64,000 nucleotides of DNA from Polyangiaceae bacterium (GCA_050287085.1 JBNKBE010000003.1:1-64000), one strand, 5' to 3'. Numbered from the stretch's first letter, positions 1-10,443 are shown. Numbers and translations: made by a program. The notes: generated by a model from the letters alone, not told the origin.

Positions 1-47
1 CGCGTCGCAGCGCGTCTCGACCCAAAGGCCCGCGGCTGGAAAAACCT

Positions 48-75
48 GGAACCCCGGGGCACCTGCTCGCGTCTA
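48..75 (+). promoter_or_regulatory. Putative ECF-sigma-type promoter (GGAACC-N16-CGTCTA)
   Basis: Matches the general ECF consensus (AAC-containing -35, CGT-containing -10, 16-nt spacer); lies ~170 nt upstream of the CDS at 244. Confidence 0.45.
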
Positions 76-243
76 TGAATAGCGCTCGGCCCAGGTTCGT
101 GGTCACTTCATGCCGGCCCCGAACCGCCGCGGCGTCGATGGGCGTCCAGTGGGCGTGTCGGTTTCTCGGCTCCCAGTAGCTGATGCGCCAACGCCACTTT
201 CCACCTGGGCGAGAGCTCCGGCAATCGTTACAGTCGTGCAACG

Positions 244-1449
244 ATGTTGTGTCAAAAAGCCCCCCTGTCCGCCGACGCGCCGCACTCTCTCGCCGCCGAG
301 CGACCTACCCTGTCGCAGCGAACCCTGTCGCAGCGAACCCTGTCGCAGCGAACCCTGTCGCCGTACTGGATTTGTCTGCTCGCTGCGGCCTGCAGCGCGT
401 CTCCTTCCCCCGCCCCGACGGGAAATGCAGCTAGTGCTGGCAACGCGACGGTGGGCGGCGCCGGCGACGGCGGAGCGTCAGGCGCGGCCGGTAGCGCCAA
501 CACGGCGGGCGGAGGCGCAGGTGCTGGAGGCGGCGGAAACACTGCGGGCGCCGGCGGCTCGGGCGCCTCGGATGGCGGCAGCGCGGCCATGGGCGGCGGC
601 GCAGCGATGGGCGGCGGCGCAGCGATGGGCGGCGACGTAGCCATGAGCGGCGGCGCGATGGCCGACGATAGCGCCGACGACGAGGTTCAGCCAGATGCGG
701 GCTCGGACAACGCAGCCGGGAGCGACAGCGGGACAGCCGACGACGTCGTCGACATCACGGAGCTCGACCCGTTCAGCTTCTTCGTCACCAGCTATGAAGC
801 GATATCTCGTCTGAGCAACTCCCCCGACGGCTTCGGTGGCGATCTCCGCTACGGCGAAACCCACGGCTTGCTCGGTGCCGACAAGATTTGCGCAGAGGTC
901 GCCGAATACTCCATGCCTGGCAGCGGCGCCAAGGAGTGGCACGCCTTTCTGAGCGCGGTCGAAGGGCCTGAGGGGGGACAAGTGGACGCGATCGATCGCA
1001 TCGGCGAAGGCCCCTGGTACGATCGCTTGGGTCGACTGGTCGCTGAGAACAAACAAGCGTTGCTCAACACCCGCCCGCAGGGGGCCCATATGGCGATCGT
1101 CAATGACCTACCCAACGAATACGGCGTCCCCAATCACACACCGGATCCCGGCGCTGGAGCCATCGACAATCACCACGTGTTAACCGGCTCCGACGCTCAG
1201 GGACGCTTGTACTCCCCCACCGCAACCTGCAACAACTGGAGCAGCACCGAGAAGTCCGCAGACGGGCGCCCCCGAATCGGCTTTTCCTGGCCGGCAGGAG
1301 GCCGCGAACACTGGATTAGCGGTCAGGACGAAGGCGGCTGCCTGAGAGGCGTGGACCTCGATGGCGGCGCCGGCTCCGATCCCAATGTCGGCACCGTGGG
1401 CTCCGGTGGCGGTTACGGCGGCATCTACTGTTTTGCGATGAACCCCTGA
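244..1449 (+). CDS. Lipoprotein with Gly/Ala-rich linker and C-terminal DUF1554/endostatin-like domain
   Basis: Lipobox LAAAC, low-complexity linker, then motifs GADKIC, WHAFLS, DRIGEGPW, TCNNWSS and GGIYCFA typical of endostatin-like/DUF1554 domains. Confidence 0.7.
   Translation: MLCQKAPLSADAPHSLAAERPTLSQRTLSQRTLSQRTLSPYWICLLAAACSASPSPAPTGNAASAGNATVGGAGDGGASGAAGSANTAGGGAGAGGGGNTAGAGGSGASDGGSAAMGGGAAMGGGAAMGGDVAMSGGAMADDSADDEVQPDAGSDNAAGSDSGTADDVVDITELDPFSFFVTSYEAISRLSNSPDGFGGDLRYGETHGLLGADKICAEVAEYSMPGSGAKEWHAFLSAVEGPEGGQVDAIDRIGEGPWYDRLGRLVAENKQALLNTRPQGAHMAIVNDLPNEYGVPNHTPDPGAGAIDNHHVLTGSDAQGRLYSPTATCNNWSSTEKSADGRPRIGFSWPAGGREHWISGQDEGGCLRGVDLDGGAGSDPNVGTVGSGGGYGGIYCFAMNP
307..361 (+). 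repeat. 15-bp in-frame tandem repeat (ACCCTGTCGCAGCGA, ~3.7 copies)
   Basis: Directly visible; encodes TLSQR repeats in the signal-peptide n-region. Confidence 0.9.
589..660 (+). repeat. 18-bp in-frame tandem repeat (ATGGGCGGCGGCGCAGCG, ~4 degenerate copies)
   Basis: Directly visible; encodes the MGGGAA linker repeats. Confidence 0.8.
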
Positions 1450-1465
1450 CGCGCGCCCGGTGTCC

Positions 1466-2587
1466 ATGATTACAAAGAACAAGTGTCTAGGCGTGTTATG
1501 CTGCACGCCACTGTTACTCCTGGCGTGCTCCAAGAATGCAGATCAGCCGGGGAACGCCTCGGACGTAGACTCCGGAGCCAAGGGGAACAATCGAGGGTCC
1601 GCAAGCGACGACACGCGGCCCCCAAGGCCCGACGCTGGCTCACGCGACAAGAGCGACAACGGGCCCCCCGAGGAGGATGCGAGCCAGGCGGGAGCAAGCG
1701 GCGCAGACGCGGACAACGAGACCTTGCCCGCTGTCTACGGTACCTTCCGTGTGCAGCTCATCCCGCCGGATGAAGCCACTCCCGATGGCTACGTGAGCGT
1801 GCTCGGGTTGGTGTACGACGGGGCACCCCCGCCGCCGAAGGCCTGGAAGGCGATCGACGAAGCAGGGGACTGCCAACTCTACGAACGCGCTTACCCATTC
1901 TGTGACCCCGACTGCAAGAGCGGAGAGAAGTGCGTCGCTGGTGATCAGTGCCAGCGCGTCCCCTCTCCTCTTGATGTCGGAATTGTGACTCTCGAAGGTA
2001 TCGCGGACGAGTCCATCGCCATGACGGCGCTGGCCCCCTCGAATACCTATCAGCTGCCCGCCGATGCAATGCCGAACTATCCCCCCTTCGACGCTAAGAC
2101 GCAGGTGGTGCTAAGCGCAGAAGGGGGCGCGGCTGGCGCCTTTGCAATTCAGGCACAAGGCATTGACCCACTCGAACGAGAGGCGTCCGCAGTGAGTTTC
2201 GATCCGGACGCGGACGCTGTCATCGACTGGACCCCGGGAGCTGATCCAAGCGCCACGGTTGAACTGGTCTTCGATATCAGTCACCACGGCGGGCAAAACG
2301 GCGAGCTCATCTGCGAAGCCTCAGACACCGGCGAATTCACGGTTCCGCGCAAGTTGGTCGCGGGATTGATCGAGCTCGGCGTCGCGGGTTTTCCCGAAGT
2401 CCGGATCACGCGAAAGAGCGTCGGCGTCGCAAGCGACGTGAAAGGCGAACTCCGATTGCAGTTGGAATCGTCGCGAGTCGTTTACCTAGATATCCCAGGC
2501 CTGAGCTCGTGCTCGGAGCCGGGGGCCCAGGCGGAGTGCAAAGACGACGAGCAGTGCGGTCAAGATCTGCGATGTGCGGCGCAGTAG
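1466..2587 (+). CDS. Cys-rich hypothetical lipoprotein
   Basis: Lipobox LLAC, low-complexity linker and paired Cys clusters; 16 nt downstream of the previous gene. Start is 1460 (GTG) or 1466 (ATG). Confidence 0.7.
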   Translation: MITKNKCLGVLCCTPLLLLACSKNADQPGNASDVDSGAKGNNRGSASDDTRPPRPDAGSRDKSDNGPPEEDASQAGASGADADNETLPAVYGTFRVQLIPPDEATPDGYVSVLGLVYDGAPPPPKAWKAIDEAGDCQLYERAYPFCDPDCKSGEKCVAGDQCQRVPSPLDVGIVTLEGIADESIAMTALAPSNTYQLPADAMPNYPPFDAKTQVVLSAEGGAAGAFAIQAQGIDPLEREASAVSFDPDADAVIDWTPGADPSATVELVFDISHHGGQNGELICEASDTGEFTVPRKLVAGLIELGVAGFPEVRITRKSVGVASDVKGELRLQLESSRVVYLDIPGLSSCSEPGAQAECKDDEQCGQDLRCAAQ

Positions 2588-2652
2588 TCGGCCTATCGTG
2601 GCTATCCCCACTTCGTGGCCTTGAACAGCACCGCCCGCTCTAACAGCACAGT

Positions 2653-4710
2653 CTATCGGTTACCAAAGGGGCGCGCCTGCTTGATGAAGAGCTCCGACTC
2701 TTGCGCCCCGGTGCTATCAAACTTGAACTCGACATCCATCGCCCACCAACTATTGGACCCGAGACCGGGACCATACGCCGGTGCAAAGAAGCGCTGAATC
2801 GCCTGTAGGGCCACGCCGAGATCATGCACCTGGCGCCGAGAGAGCACCAAGTCGCCATCACCGACCAGATTCGAGCGGCTGAGATAGGTTGTCGGCTGAC
2901 CTTCTTGAGAGTGGTAATACAAGAAGGACTCAGTTGTGACCCCCACGGGAGGCAATACGACCGAGACCTCGCCTTTCTGCACGTTGACGTAGAAAGCTGG
3001 CTCCAGTCCAGACTTGTCGAAAGGATTGTTCGTCAGCGCGACACCGTTGGCGTCTTCGTCGGGAAAAGAGCGATGCACCAACAACGCCATTCCCACCTGC
3101 CTGTGATCGATGCTGCGGTAGGAGCGCTCTTCGAAGGCGCGAAAGTACCAAACGCTCGACCAGACGCGGCGAATGGCATCCAGCACTGGGTAGTCCGGAT
3201 CGTCAGGATCGCCACTGCGAGAGGTGTAGAGCCCAGCTCCCGTGAATCCGTCCAGATCTTCAGCGTTCGTGCTGGAGCGAAAGCGCATGCGCGTAGCGGG
3301 GTACTCGGCCGCGAGCTTATCGAGCAGCATCGCCTCGAACTCTGAGTCCACCGGCGCCGCGCGCATGTCGTCGCGCAACTGCTTCAGCTCCGCGTCCCGC
3401 ACCGCAGGGTCATCCGTGAAGCTCGAGTCGGCCAGCAACGCATCCACGCGCTGGTCAAACCCGTTCTGCTGCATGAACTGAAAATAGTAGTAGATGGGAA
3501 CAGCAAAGGCCTTCGGCACAGGCAGGCCCGCAATGTGACTCATGGCGCCGAAATTGGCAGCCTTGCCGCCAAAAGCTCGAGTGCCCTCCTTGATGGCAGC
3601 CAGCAGCTCCGCCCCGGTCTGGGTCTCCTCCACTTGGGTGGTCGCCTGGATGTCGCGCAGGTCGCGAGTCTCGAGATCGGCACCGGGGACCGATACCGCC
3701 TGTGGTCGGTGCGCGTCCCACCACACATCGGCCTCCGCTTTGTCGACCTCTTCTAGGTGAAAATCAAAAGGCCCCACCTCAAGGCGCACCCAGCGGCCCT
3801 CCAGCGCTCGTAGTTCTGGATCGTCAAACGCACCGCGAAGGGCCATGTTGGGGGTGCCGCGGTTCTGAGAAAGAACATTGATGTGAGCCAGGGGCGTCTG
3901 GAACTCGGATGTGATAATCCCCTGCGTCACCGAAATGTCGTTGGGCACATGATCGAGCACCACTACGTCGCGGAAAGTGACGAACTCGTCGTCGAGCTCG
4001 TCGGCGGTCACGAAGGTAAGCCGGCCATAGCTCTCAGCCAGATTCAAAGGCTGGTAGTCACTCCCCCCTAGGAGCTCTCCGGTGGTGACCCGCAAGACAT
4101 CACTGGCCAGCTCCTCTGCCACCTCCGCGCTGGACAGCGAGGTCGGATGCAAGCGAAGCTCCTCGCCAAAGAAGGCATGTGCTGCGACGGAGCGATAGGC
4201 AAGCTCCATCTGGGCCGCTGTGGCCGTATCGTATGGCGCAAACTCGAGGGCCCAAACCTTCGCCCCCTGATAGTAGGTGATCGCTCCCAACAAGAAGCGA
4301 CGCGTCGCTGACGTATACTCGCTGTTGAACTCTGATAGCGGGCCAACCAAAGCCTTGCCCTGCCCCACGGATAGGTGGGCCGACACGAATTCCCAGTGAA
4401 TCGGGTATTGGACGCTATTCTGAAAGTAGAGGGCGTTGTCATCGCTCAAATCGATGACAAACTTGACCGAGCGAGCCCCTGGAATGCTAGCGTCGAGGGG
4501 TTCTGAAGCGAGGCGTTCGAAGTCGTCCTGGCAACCGAGCGAAGCCAGATACTCCAGAAGGCCAGCATCGGGGCCCGTGCACATAGGGGTCTCGGATGGC
4601 CCAGCATCCGTCGCCTGAGGCAATACGGAGTCTCGATTACAGCCGGCAGCAAGCAGCCACAGAGCGAATACGAGGGGGAGTCGGGTGGGCTGACATGAAG
4701 CGAGAGTCAT
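2653..4710 (-). CDS. Lipoprotein with PEP-utiliser phosphohistidine domain and PPDK-N (ATP-grasp) domain; dikinase-like
   Basis: Motifs GGKAANF, RFRSSTNAEDLDGFTGAGLY, MDVEFKF and IKQARP (PPDK/PEP synthase nucleotide-binding); TPLAHINVLSQNRGTP His motif; lipobox LAAGC after ATG 4710. The ORF extends to 4914 but that extension looks non-coding. Confidence 0.8.
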   Translation of the reverse strand: MTLASCQPTRLPLVFALWLLAAGCNRDSVLPQATDAGPSETPMCTGPDAGLLEYLASLGCQDDFERLASEPLDASIPGARSVKFVIDLSDDNALYFQNSVQYPIHWEFVSAHLSVGQGKALVGPLSEFNSEYTSATRRFLLGAITYYQGAKVWALEFAPYDTATAAQMELAYRSVAAHAFFGEELRLHPTSLSSAEVAEELASDVLRVTTGELLGGSDYQPLNLAESYGRLTFVTADELDDEFVTFRDVVVLDHVPNDISVTQGIITSEFQTPLAHINVLSQNRGTPNMALRGAFDDPELRALEGRWVRLEVGPFDFHLEEVDKAEADVWWDAHRPQAVSVPGADLETRDLRDIQATTQVEETQTGAELLAAIKEGTRAFGGKAANFGAMSHIAGLPVPKAFAVPIYYYFQFMQQNGFDQRVDALLADSSFTDDPAVRDAELKQLRDDMRAAPVDSEFEAMLLDKLAAEYPATRMRFRSSTNAEDLDGFTGAGLYTSRSGDPDDPDYPVLDAIRRVWSSVWYFRAFEERSYRSIDHRQVGMALLVHRSFPDEDANGVALTNNPFDKSGLEPAFYVNVQKGEVSVVLPPVGVTTESFLYYHSQEGQPTTYLSRSNLVGDGDLVLSRRQVHDLGVALQAIQRFFAPAYGPGLGSNSWWAMDVEFKFDSTGAQESELFIKQARPFGNR

Positions 4711-4948
4711 GGTATGGCGCGATGGTCGACCTCGGAAGCTACCCCGAAGCGAACACCCGCCGCGAGGGCATTGCGCACCTCCTAGCCGTCCGGCTCCGGA
4801 ACTCTGCCGGCCTTCGAAGCCTGCACTGCTGCTGGAGCGAGGGCTTCCCCTCTCCCTCGGCCCAAGGATCGGTCGCGGGGGTGGATGCCCGTAAAATCGA
4901 CACGTCGGTTTCAACGCGCGGGCAAGTCGCGGTGTTCTATCTCACGGA

Positions 4949-5671
4949 ATGGCTGTTGTACGTCTAGATAGGCGCTCGAAGACGCCGGAGCGCCCGTCGG
5001 AACTCGCTGCTGGGGCCGCAGACGGCGCGCCCCTCAACCCACCTGGTCTCCCCGCCGGCACACACGCTGGAACCCCGCCGGCCCTGCGACTCGCGGGCGC
5101 CCTGCCATCCGGACCTGGCGATGCATTGGCGACGCGCAGCGACGACGACCTGATGACGCTCGCCCAGGCGGGCTCTCGCGCGGCGTTTTCGGCTTTGATA
5201 GAGCGCCACGGGCTGCGCATCGTCCAACTCTGTTCCCGTTTCGTCGACGATCCCCAATGCGGCCGGGAACTGGCGCAAGACACCTGGGTATTGGTGTGGC
5301 GGCAGCGGGACAAGTACCGCGCCGGCACCGCGTTCGGTTCCTGGCTGATCACGATCGCCCGCAATCGCTGTCGCAACCACCTTCGCCGCCGGAAGCTGGC
5401 GGCTGCACGCCCCGGTGTCTTGTCGGAGCACGAAGCCCACCACGACGAGGACCAGATCGCCCACTTGCTACGCCAGGAGCGAAGACGCCGCGTTCGTGGA
5501 GCGCTTGGCGGCATATCCCCACCTATGCGCGAGGCGCTGCTGCTGCGTTACGCCGAAGAGCTGCGCTACGACCAAATGACGGACATCCTGGGAGTTGGAG
5601 AGTCCACGTTGCGCTCGCGAGTCCATCATGGCCTCAGAATACTCAAACAAAAGCTGGAGAACGACTCGTGA
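4949..5671 (+). CDS. ECF-family RNA polymerase sigma factor
   Basis: Region 2 (ELAQDTW...FGSWLITIARN) and region 4.2 (REALLLRY...GESTLRSRVHHG). Confidence 0.9.
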   Translation: MAVVRLDRRSKTPERPSELAAGAADGAPLNPPGLPAGTHAGTPPALRLAGALPSGPGDALATRSDDDLMTLAQAGSRAAFSALIERHGLRIVQLCSRFVDDPQCGRELAQDTWVLVWRQRDKYRAGTAFGSWLITIARNRCRNHLRRRKLAAARPGVLSEHEAHHDEDQIAHLLRQERRRRVRGALGGISPPMREALLLRYAEELRYDQMTDILGVGESTLRSRVHHGLRILKQKLENDS

Positions 5672-6525
5672 GCCACAATCACTGCCCCGAGCCCATGACC
5701 CTACTCAGCTTCGTCGATGCGGCCCTCGCTCCCGAGCTTCTGAGTCGCGTCGAAGAACACCTGCAGCAGTGCAGCAAGTGCGCCAGGGAGGTTGCGGAAC
5801 TGCGCCAGTTGATCGCCGACATAGCAGCGCCACTCGAACCCGCGGCACTTGACCTCGACGAGCACGTGGCTGAGGTGATGAAACGCATCGAGCTGGCGCC
5901 CGATTCCCAGTCGTCCGACCGCGAGCCGCATTGGCTCGCGAGGCGCCTGAGCTGGGGTGCTGGAGCACTGAGCGCGACGGCGGCAGCTTGGCTGCTTTGG
6001 TTGCCGAGCGGCAGCGTCGAGGTGCCCTCGATTCAAGACCCCGATGGGACCTTTTCCGCACGAGGAGGTGCCGAGGAGGCGTCGCTCGCACGGGACGTCG
6101 GGGTTCGCGTCTATGCTAGCGAAGGCACGCTGCGCGCTCTCGAGCCGGGAAGTGTCGTTGGGCCCGACACGGCACTCACAGCGGGCTTCCGCAATCTGGC
6201 ACCGGCGCCCGTCTTTCTGCTTCTTTTTGCCGTGGACTCTGAACACGTGGTGCATTGGATAGCTCCCGAGTTCACCCAACCCGGCTCGGATCCAGCCGCG
6301 GTGCGGGTGGTTCCGTCTGTCGACGAAAAGCTGCTTGGCAGCTCCGTTGTTTTCGACGACCTCGCGCCGGGCCCGCTGCGCATCATCACCCTGGTGTCGC
6401 CACATCCGGTGCACGTATCTGCAGTTGAGTCACTCGCACCCAAAGACCTGACTCCAAGTAGACTCGCTATCCGCTTTCCACGTGCCGTCGTCCGCGAAGT
6501 CCCTCTTCAAGTCCGCACCCGGTAG
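5668..6525 (+). CDS. Membrane anti-sigma factor (zf-HC2/ZAS) with periplasmic DUF4384-like domain
   Basis: GTG start overlaps the sigma stop codon (GTGA); HLQQCSKC zinc motif; one TM segment; C-terminal beta-rich domain (FLLLFAVD..G/H.V.W). Confidence 0.8.
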   Translation: MSHNHCPEPMTLLSFVDAALAPELLSRVEEHLQQCSKCAREVAELRQLIADIAAPLEPAALDLDEHVAEVMKRIELAPDSQSSDREPHWLARRLSWGAGALSATAAAWLLWLPSGSVEVPSIQDPDGTFSARGGAEEASLARDVGVRVYASEGTLRALEPGSVVGPDTALTAGFRNLAPAPVFLLLFAVDSEHVVHWIAPEFTQPGSDPAAVRVVPSVDEKLLGSSVVFDDLAPGPLRIITLVSPHPVHVSAVESLAPKDLTPSRLAIRFPRAVVREVPLQVRTR

Positions 6526-6534
6526 AGCTCAACC

Positions 6535-8499
6535 ATGATTCGTATCGGCGTTCTGATGTTCATGGCCCTCGCGCTGCTGTGCGCGATCCCCGCAAGCGCG
6601 GAGACGCTAGCGGTCGCCGAAACCGAAGGACACAACGCAGGCAACTCCAACGCGAACGTGAAGCGTCGGAGTTTTGCCGTGATCATTGGAAACAATCGGA
6701 GCTTGGGAGCGCGCCGCCCGGACCTGCACTACGCCGACGACGACGCGGCTCGCTACTTTGAAATCCTGCAAACTATCGCACCGGGCCGGGTGTCGCTGCT
6801 TGCGGAGTTCGATCGGGACACGGCTCGACTTTTTCCCGACGCCAAGAAGTTCGCAATGCCCCCTACGCTGGGCAACCTGCGGCGGATGGGAAAGCAGATA
6901 TCTGAGCAGGTGCAGGCCGCAGCCGAGGCCGGATACCAGACCGAGGTCTATTTCGTATTCGCTGGCCACGGCGACGTGGCAGCTGGAGAAGGCTTCATCG
7001 AACTATCGGACGCACGCTTTCATGCAAGTCAGCTCGAAAGCTGGCTGCAGCAAGTTCCGTTTGGCCGGGCCCATGTCATCTTGGATAGCTGTAACTCCTT
7101 CTTCATGTTGGGTGTTCGAAAGCCGGGTGGAAGGCACTTCGTAACCTCGGAGGACGCCGCGCGCTCGCTTGCGGCAAGAATGCCCAACGTCGGGGTCTTC
7201 CTTTCGACCAGCGCCGAAGGAGAAGCGTTTGAGTGGTCCGAAATACAGTCTGGAATCTTCAGCCACGTCGTGCGCTCGGGTCTGCTTGGAGCCGCCGACG
7301 CCAACCTGGATGGCTCCGTCAGCTACACGGAGCTGGCCGCCTTCGTGGACACGGCCACAGCCGACGTGCGCAACCCCAACATGCGCCCTCACGTATATGC
7401 TCGCGGGCCAGGTGCGGTCGACAACACGCCCATCGCTCGCCCCTCCGCCATGCGCGGCGTCCGGCGCTTTCGCCTGGGTGATGCCAGCTCGCTGCGGATC
7501 CGGCTTAGGGACAGCTCGGGGTTACCGCTGCTAGACGCACATACAGAAGCTCACGGCAGTCTCCGTTTCGCACTACCGAGCGCCTGGGCAGAGGGAGCCG
7601 TGGTCGAACGCGCCAGCGCCCACGCGGGCAGCGGCCTCGAGGTGCTCGCACGCTACGCTCTGCCCGCCCCCCCTACCGTGATAACCCTGGCGTCACTCGA
7701 AGCCGCTCATCACCAAAGCGCTCCACGCGGACCGGCTGAAACGTTCAGAACGCTCTTCGCTCAACCCTTTGGTCCCGCCGCAGTGCGGCGCTTCATTCAG
7801 GCGCTTTCGCATGAGCCGCCCCCGGTCTACGGCGTGTCCAAACAGGACATCCTGCGCATGCAGTTGGTACTGGACGAGCTCGCCCGAGTTGAACGCGGTC
7901 GACGGCTCAGCGAAGGAGTGGGTGCGACCGGCTTCGGGGCACTGCTCGTCGTCGGCGGCGCTTCAGTATTGCATGCCGCGTCCGACGCACCGAGAAGCGA
8001 ACAGCGCAAAGACTATTGGCTGGGGGGTAGTCTCCTGACATTGGGCAGCCTAATGGTAGTCGGAGGCAGCGGTAGCTTGCTCGCCCCGACTGAAGGAGAG
8101 CAGGCAGCCGTTGAGTTTCGGAAGGCCGTCACTAGCGGCGAAGATACGGCGCAGGCCTTTGCACGCGCTGACCGGCGCATTCAACAGATGATCGCAGACC
8201 GCGCCTCCGAACGTGTGGCGGGGGTCGTCGTCGGCAGCGTGCTGCTCGGACTCACCACCTTGGGCCTGGTTTATGACGAGCTACAGCCTGCAAGCGCCAA
8301 CCAGCGGCTGCGCGACCGTATGTCCTGGGGAGCCAGCTTGGTCGGCGGGGGACTGCTGCTCACAGACTCTCTGTTAGCGGACACGCCGAGCGAAACACTC
8401 ACTCATATCTGGCGAGACGACCCGAGCATAAACCAATACCAGACGTCAGTCGGCCTAGTTCAAGACGGCGCAATGCTGTCGGTCTCCGGAAAGTTCTAG
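6535..8499 (+). CDS. Exported caspase-family (peptidase C14) protein with C-terminal hydrophobic segments
   Basis: Signal peptide ending ASA; AVIIGNN, LHYADDDA, FAGHG (His) and LDSCNS (Cys) dyad; E....SGIFS motif; several hydrophobic helices at the C-terminus. Confidence 0.85.
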   Translation: MIRIGVLMFMALALLCAIPASAETLAVAETEGHNAGNSNANVKRRSFAVIIGNNRSLGARRPDLHYADDDAARYFEILQTIAPGRVSLLAEFDRDTARLFPDAKKFAMPPTLGNLRRMGKQISEQVQAAAEAGYQTEVYFVFAGHGDVAAGEGFIELSDARFHASQLESWLQQVPFGRAHVILDSCNSFFMLGVRKPGGRHFVTSEDAARSLAARMPNVGVFLSTSAEGEAFEWSEIQSGIFSHVVRSGLLGAADANLDGSVSYTELAAFVDTATADVRNPNMRPHVYARGPGAVDNTPIARPSAMRGVRRFRLGDASSLRIRLRDSSGLPLLDAHTEAHGSLRFALPSAWAEGAVVERASAHAGSGLEVLARYALPAPPTVITLASLEAAHHQSAPRGPAETFRTLFAQPFGPAAVRRFIQALSHEPPPVYGVSKQDILRMQLVLDELARVERGRRLSEGVGATGFGALLVVGGASVLHAASDAPRSEQRKDYWLGGSLLTLGSLMVVGGSGSLLAPTEGEQAAVEFRKAVTSGEDTAQAFARADRRIQQMIADRASERVAGVVVGSVLLGLTTLGLVYDELQPASANQRLRDRMSWGASLVGGGLLLTDSLLADTPSETLTHIWRDDPSINQYQTSVGLVQDGAMLSVSGKF

Positions 8500-8538
8500 A
8501 TTCTTCCATAAAAAAGCGGATGGCTTCAACGCCTAGCC

Positions 8539-9210
8539 ATGTCTCGTGTTCTACGAGACATGGACATCCTGGTAGAAAACAACTTCGACATCGTCCGGAG
8601 CTTTACACGCTTTGCGAACCTTGGCGCTGGCTGGGTCATGTGGCTGCTCTTGGCTCTAGCCCTGGGTCTGCTGCTGGTCGCCTTCGAGCGCGCCTGCCTG
8701 TACTGCCGGACGGAACTGGACGTACCAACCCTAGGACGCTTGTTGAACGAAGCTCTCGAGCGAGGGGATATCGGCCATGCCAAGCGGCTGGTGTCACGCG
8801 GTCTTGCGATGGAAGAGCGGGTGATCGCCGACGGCCTTGGCGTGTGGGAACGCGGTGCCCACGCGGTTGAACAGGTCATGAAGAGTTCGCTCGAAAGGGA
8901 GCGACAGCGCTTCGAGCGACGCCTTAGCTACCTTGGAACGGTGGGTTCCAATGCGCCATTCATCGGGCTACTCGGAACCGTTATCGGCATCGTTCTGAGC
9001 TTTGAACAACTCTCGAAAAGTCCAAAAGGCGGCATGGCGATAGTCGGCGCTGGCCTCGCAGAAGCCCTTACCTCTACGGCGTTGGGGCTGCTCGTAGCGA
9101 TCCCTGCAATCATCACGTTCAATATGTTTCGAGCCTCGATCAAGCGCCGACTGAGCAACGTCGAGTTTTTGTCGGGCCTACTGCTTTCCGAACTTGGAGA
9201 GGGGCGCTAG
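8539..9210 (+). CDS. exbB: MotA/TolQ/ExbB proton channel protein
   Basis: LGTVGSNAPFIGLLGTV and AEALTSTALGLLVAIPA motifs. Confidence 0.9.
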   Translation: MSRVLRDMDILVENNFDIVRSFTRFANLGAGWVMWLLLALALGLLLVAFERACLYCRTELDVPTLGRLLNEALERGDIGHAKRLVSRGLAMEERVIADGLGVWERGAHAVEQVMKSSLERERQRFERRLSYLGTVGSNAPFIGLLGTVIGIVLSFEQLSKSPKGGMAIVGAGLAEALTSTALGLLVAIPAIITFNMFRASIKRRLSNVEFLSGLLLSELGEGR

Positions 9211-9212
9211 TC

Positions 9213-9629
<417 letters not shown>

Positions 9630-9634
9630 TCGCC

Positions 9635-10438
9635 ATGTTTGCCCTTCAACCTGAGCCCGAAGCGGGACGAAGACTCCAAGCTTGGATGCTGAGTTCCCTA
9701 CTCAGCGCCCTAGTGTCTGGTCTGGTCATCGCGACGCTCGCGAACTGGGGAGCGTCATGGACTCCACCCATGGCGCGACCGATGCCGGCCCCGGTGTCGT
9801 TCTCCCTTCATCAATCATTGCCACCCGCCACGCTCACAGCGAACTCTTCTCCCCGGAACGAGCCGCTGGATTCGCCTACCCCGGCTCAACTCCCCAAGAA
9901 GCCAAGCGCTCGTCCCGCGCAGAAAGCGGACGTGGCCCAACAAGCGCTACCCTCTACGACCTCGCAACCTCCGCCGCTGGTAGTAGGTTTGACGCTTTCG
10001 AGTACCAGCGTCGCCGGGCTGGGCCCGAAAGTATCCGTCGGCGATACACTGCTGGGAACGCCGAGCACGCTTGCTCAAGCGCCTCGCGAGCCGACCCTCG
10101 CCCCCCTGGCGTCTCCAACGCACCAGCTGCCGGGACCCACGACTCCACCGCACCACACAAGCAAGAAGCTAACTGCGGCCAGACTCATCCGCCCCGCCTC
10201 CCCCAGCTACCCGCTGAGTGCGAAACGCGCTGGGATCGAAGGTGTGGTCGTGCTGGCCATCAGCATCGACGAACGCGGGTGCGTTGTTAACGCCCGCGTG
10301 CTGAGCGGCCTAGGACACGGGCTCGATCAAGCCGCAGTGAGCGCCGCTCGCAAGACGCTCTGGCAACCCGCAACCCTCGGGGAATCCCCCGTGGCTACCA
10401 CCCGAAGACTCAAAGTTCGCTTCTCACTCCAAGGTTAA
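9635..10438 (+). CDS. tonB: Energy transducer TonB
   Basis: N-terminal TM, Pro-rich linker and TonB_C motif (YP..AKRAGIEGVVVL...GLDQAA). Confidence 0.85.
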   Translation: MFALQPEPEAGRRLQAWMLSSLLSALVSGLVIATLANWGASWTPPMARPMPAPVSFSLHQSLPPATLTANSSPRNEPLDSPTPAQLPKKPSARPAQKADVAQQALPSTTSQPPPLVVGLTLSSTSVAGLGPKVSVGDTLLGTPSTLAQAPREPTLAPLASPTHQLPGPTTPPHHTSKKLTAARLIRPASPSYPLSAKRAGIEGVVVLAISIDERGCVVNARVLSGLGHGLDQAAVSAARKTLWQPATLGESPVATTRRLKVRFSLQG

Positions 10439-10443
10439 AGCTG

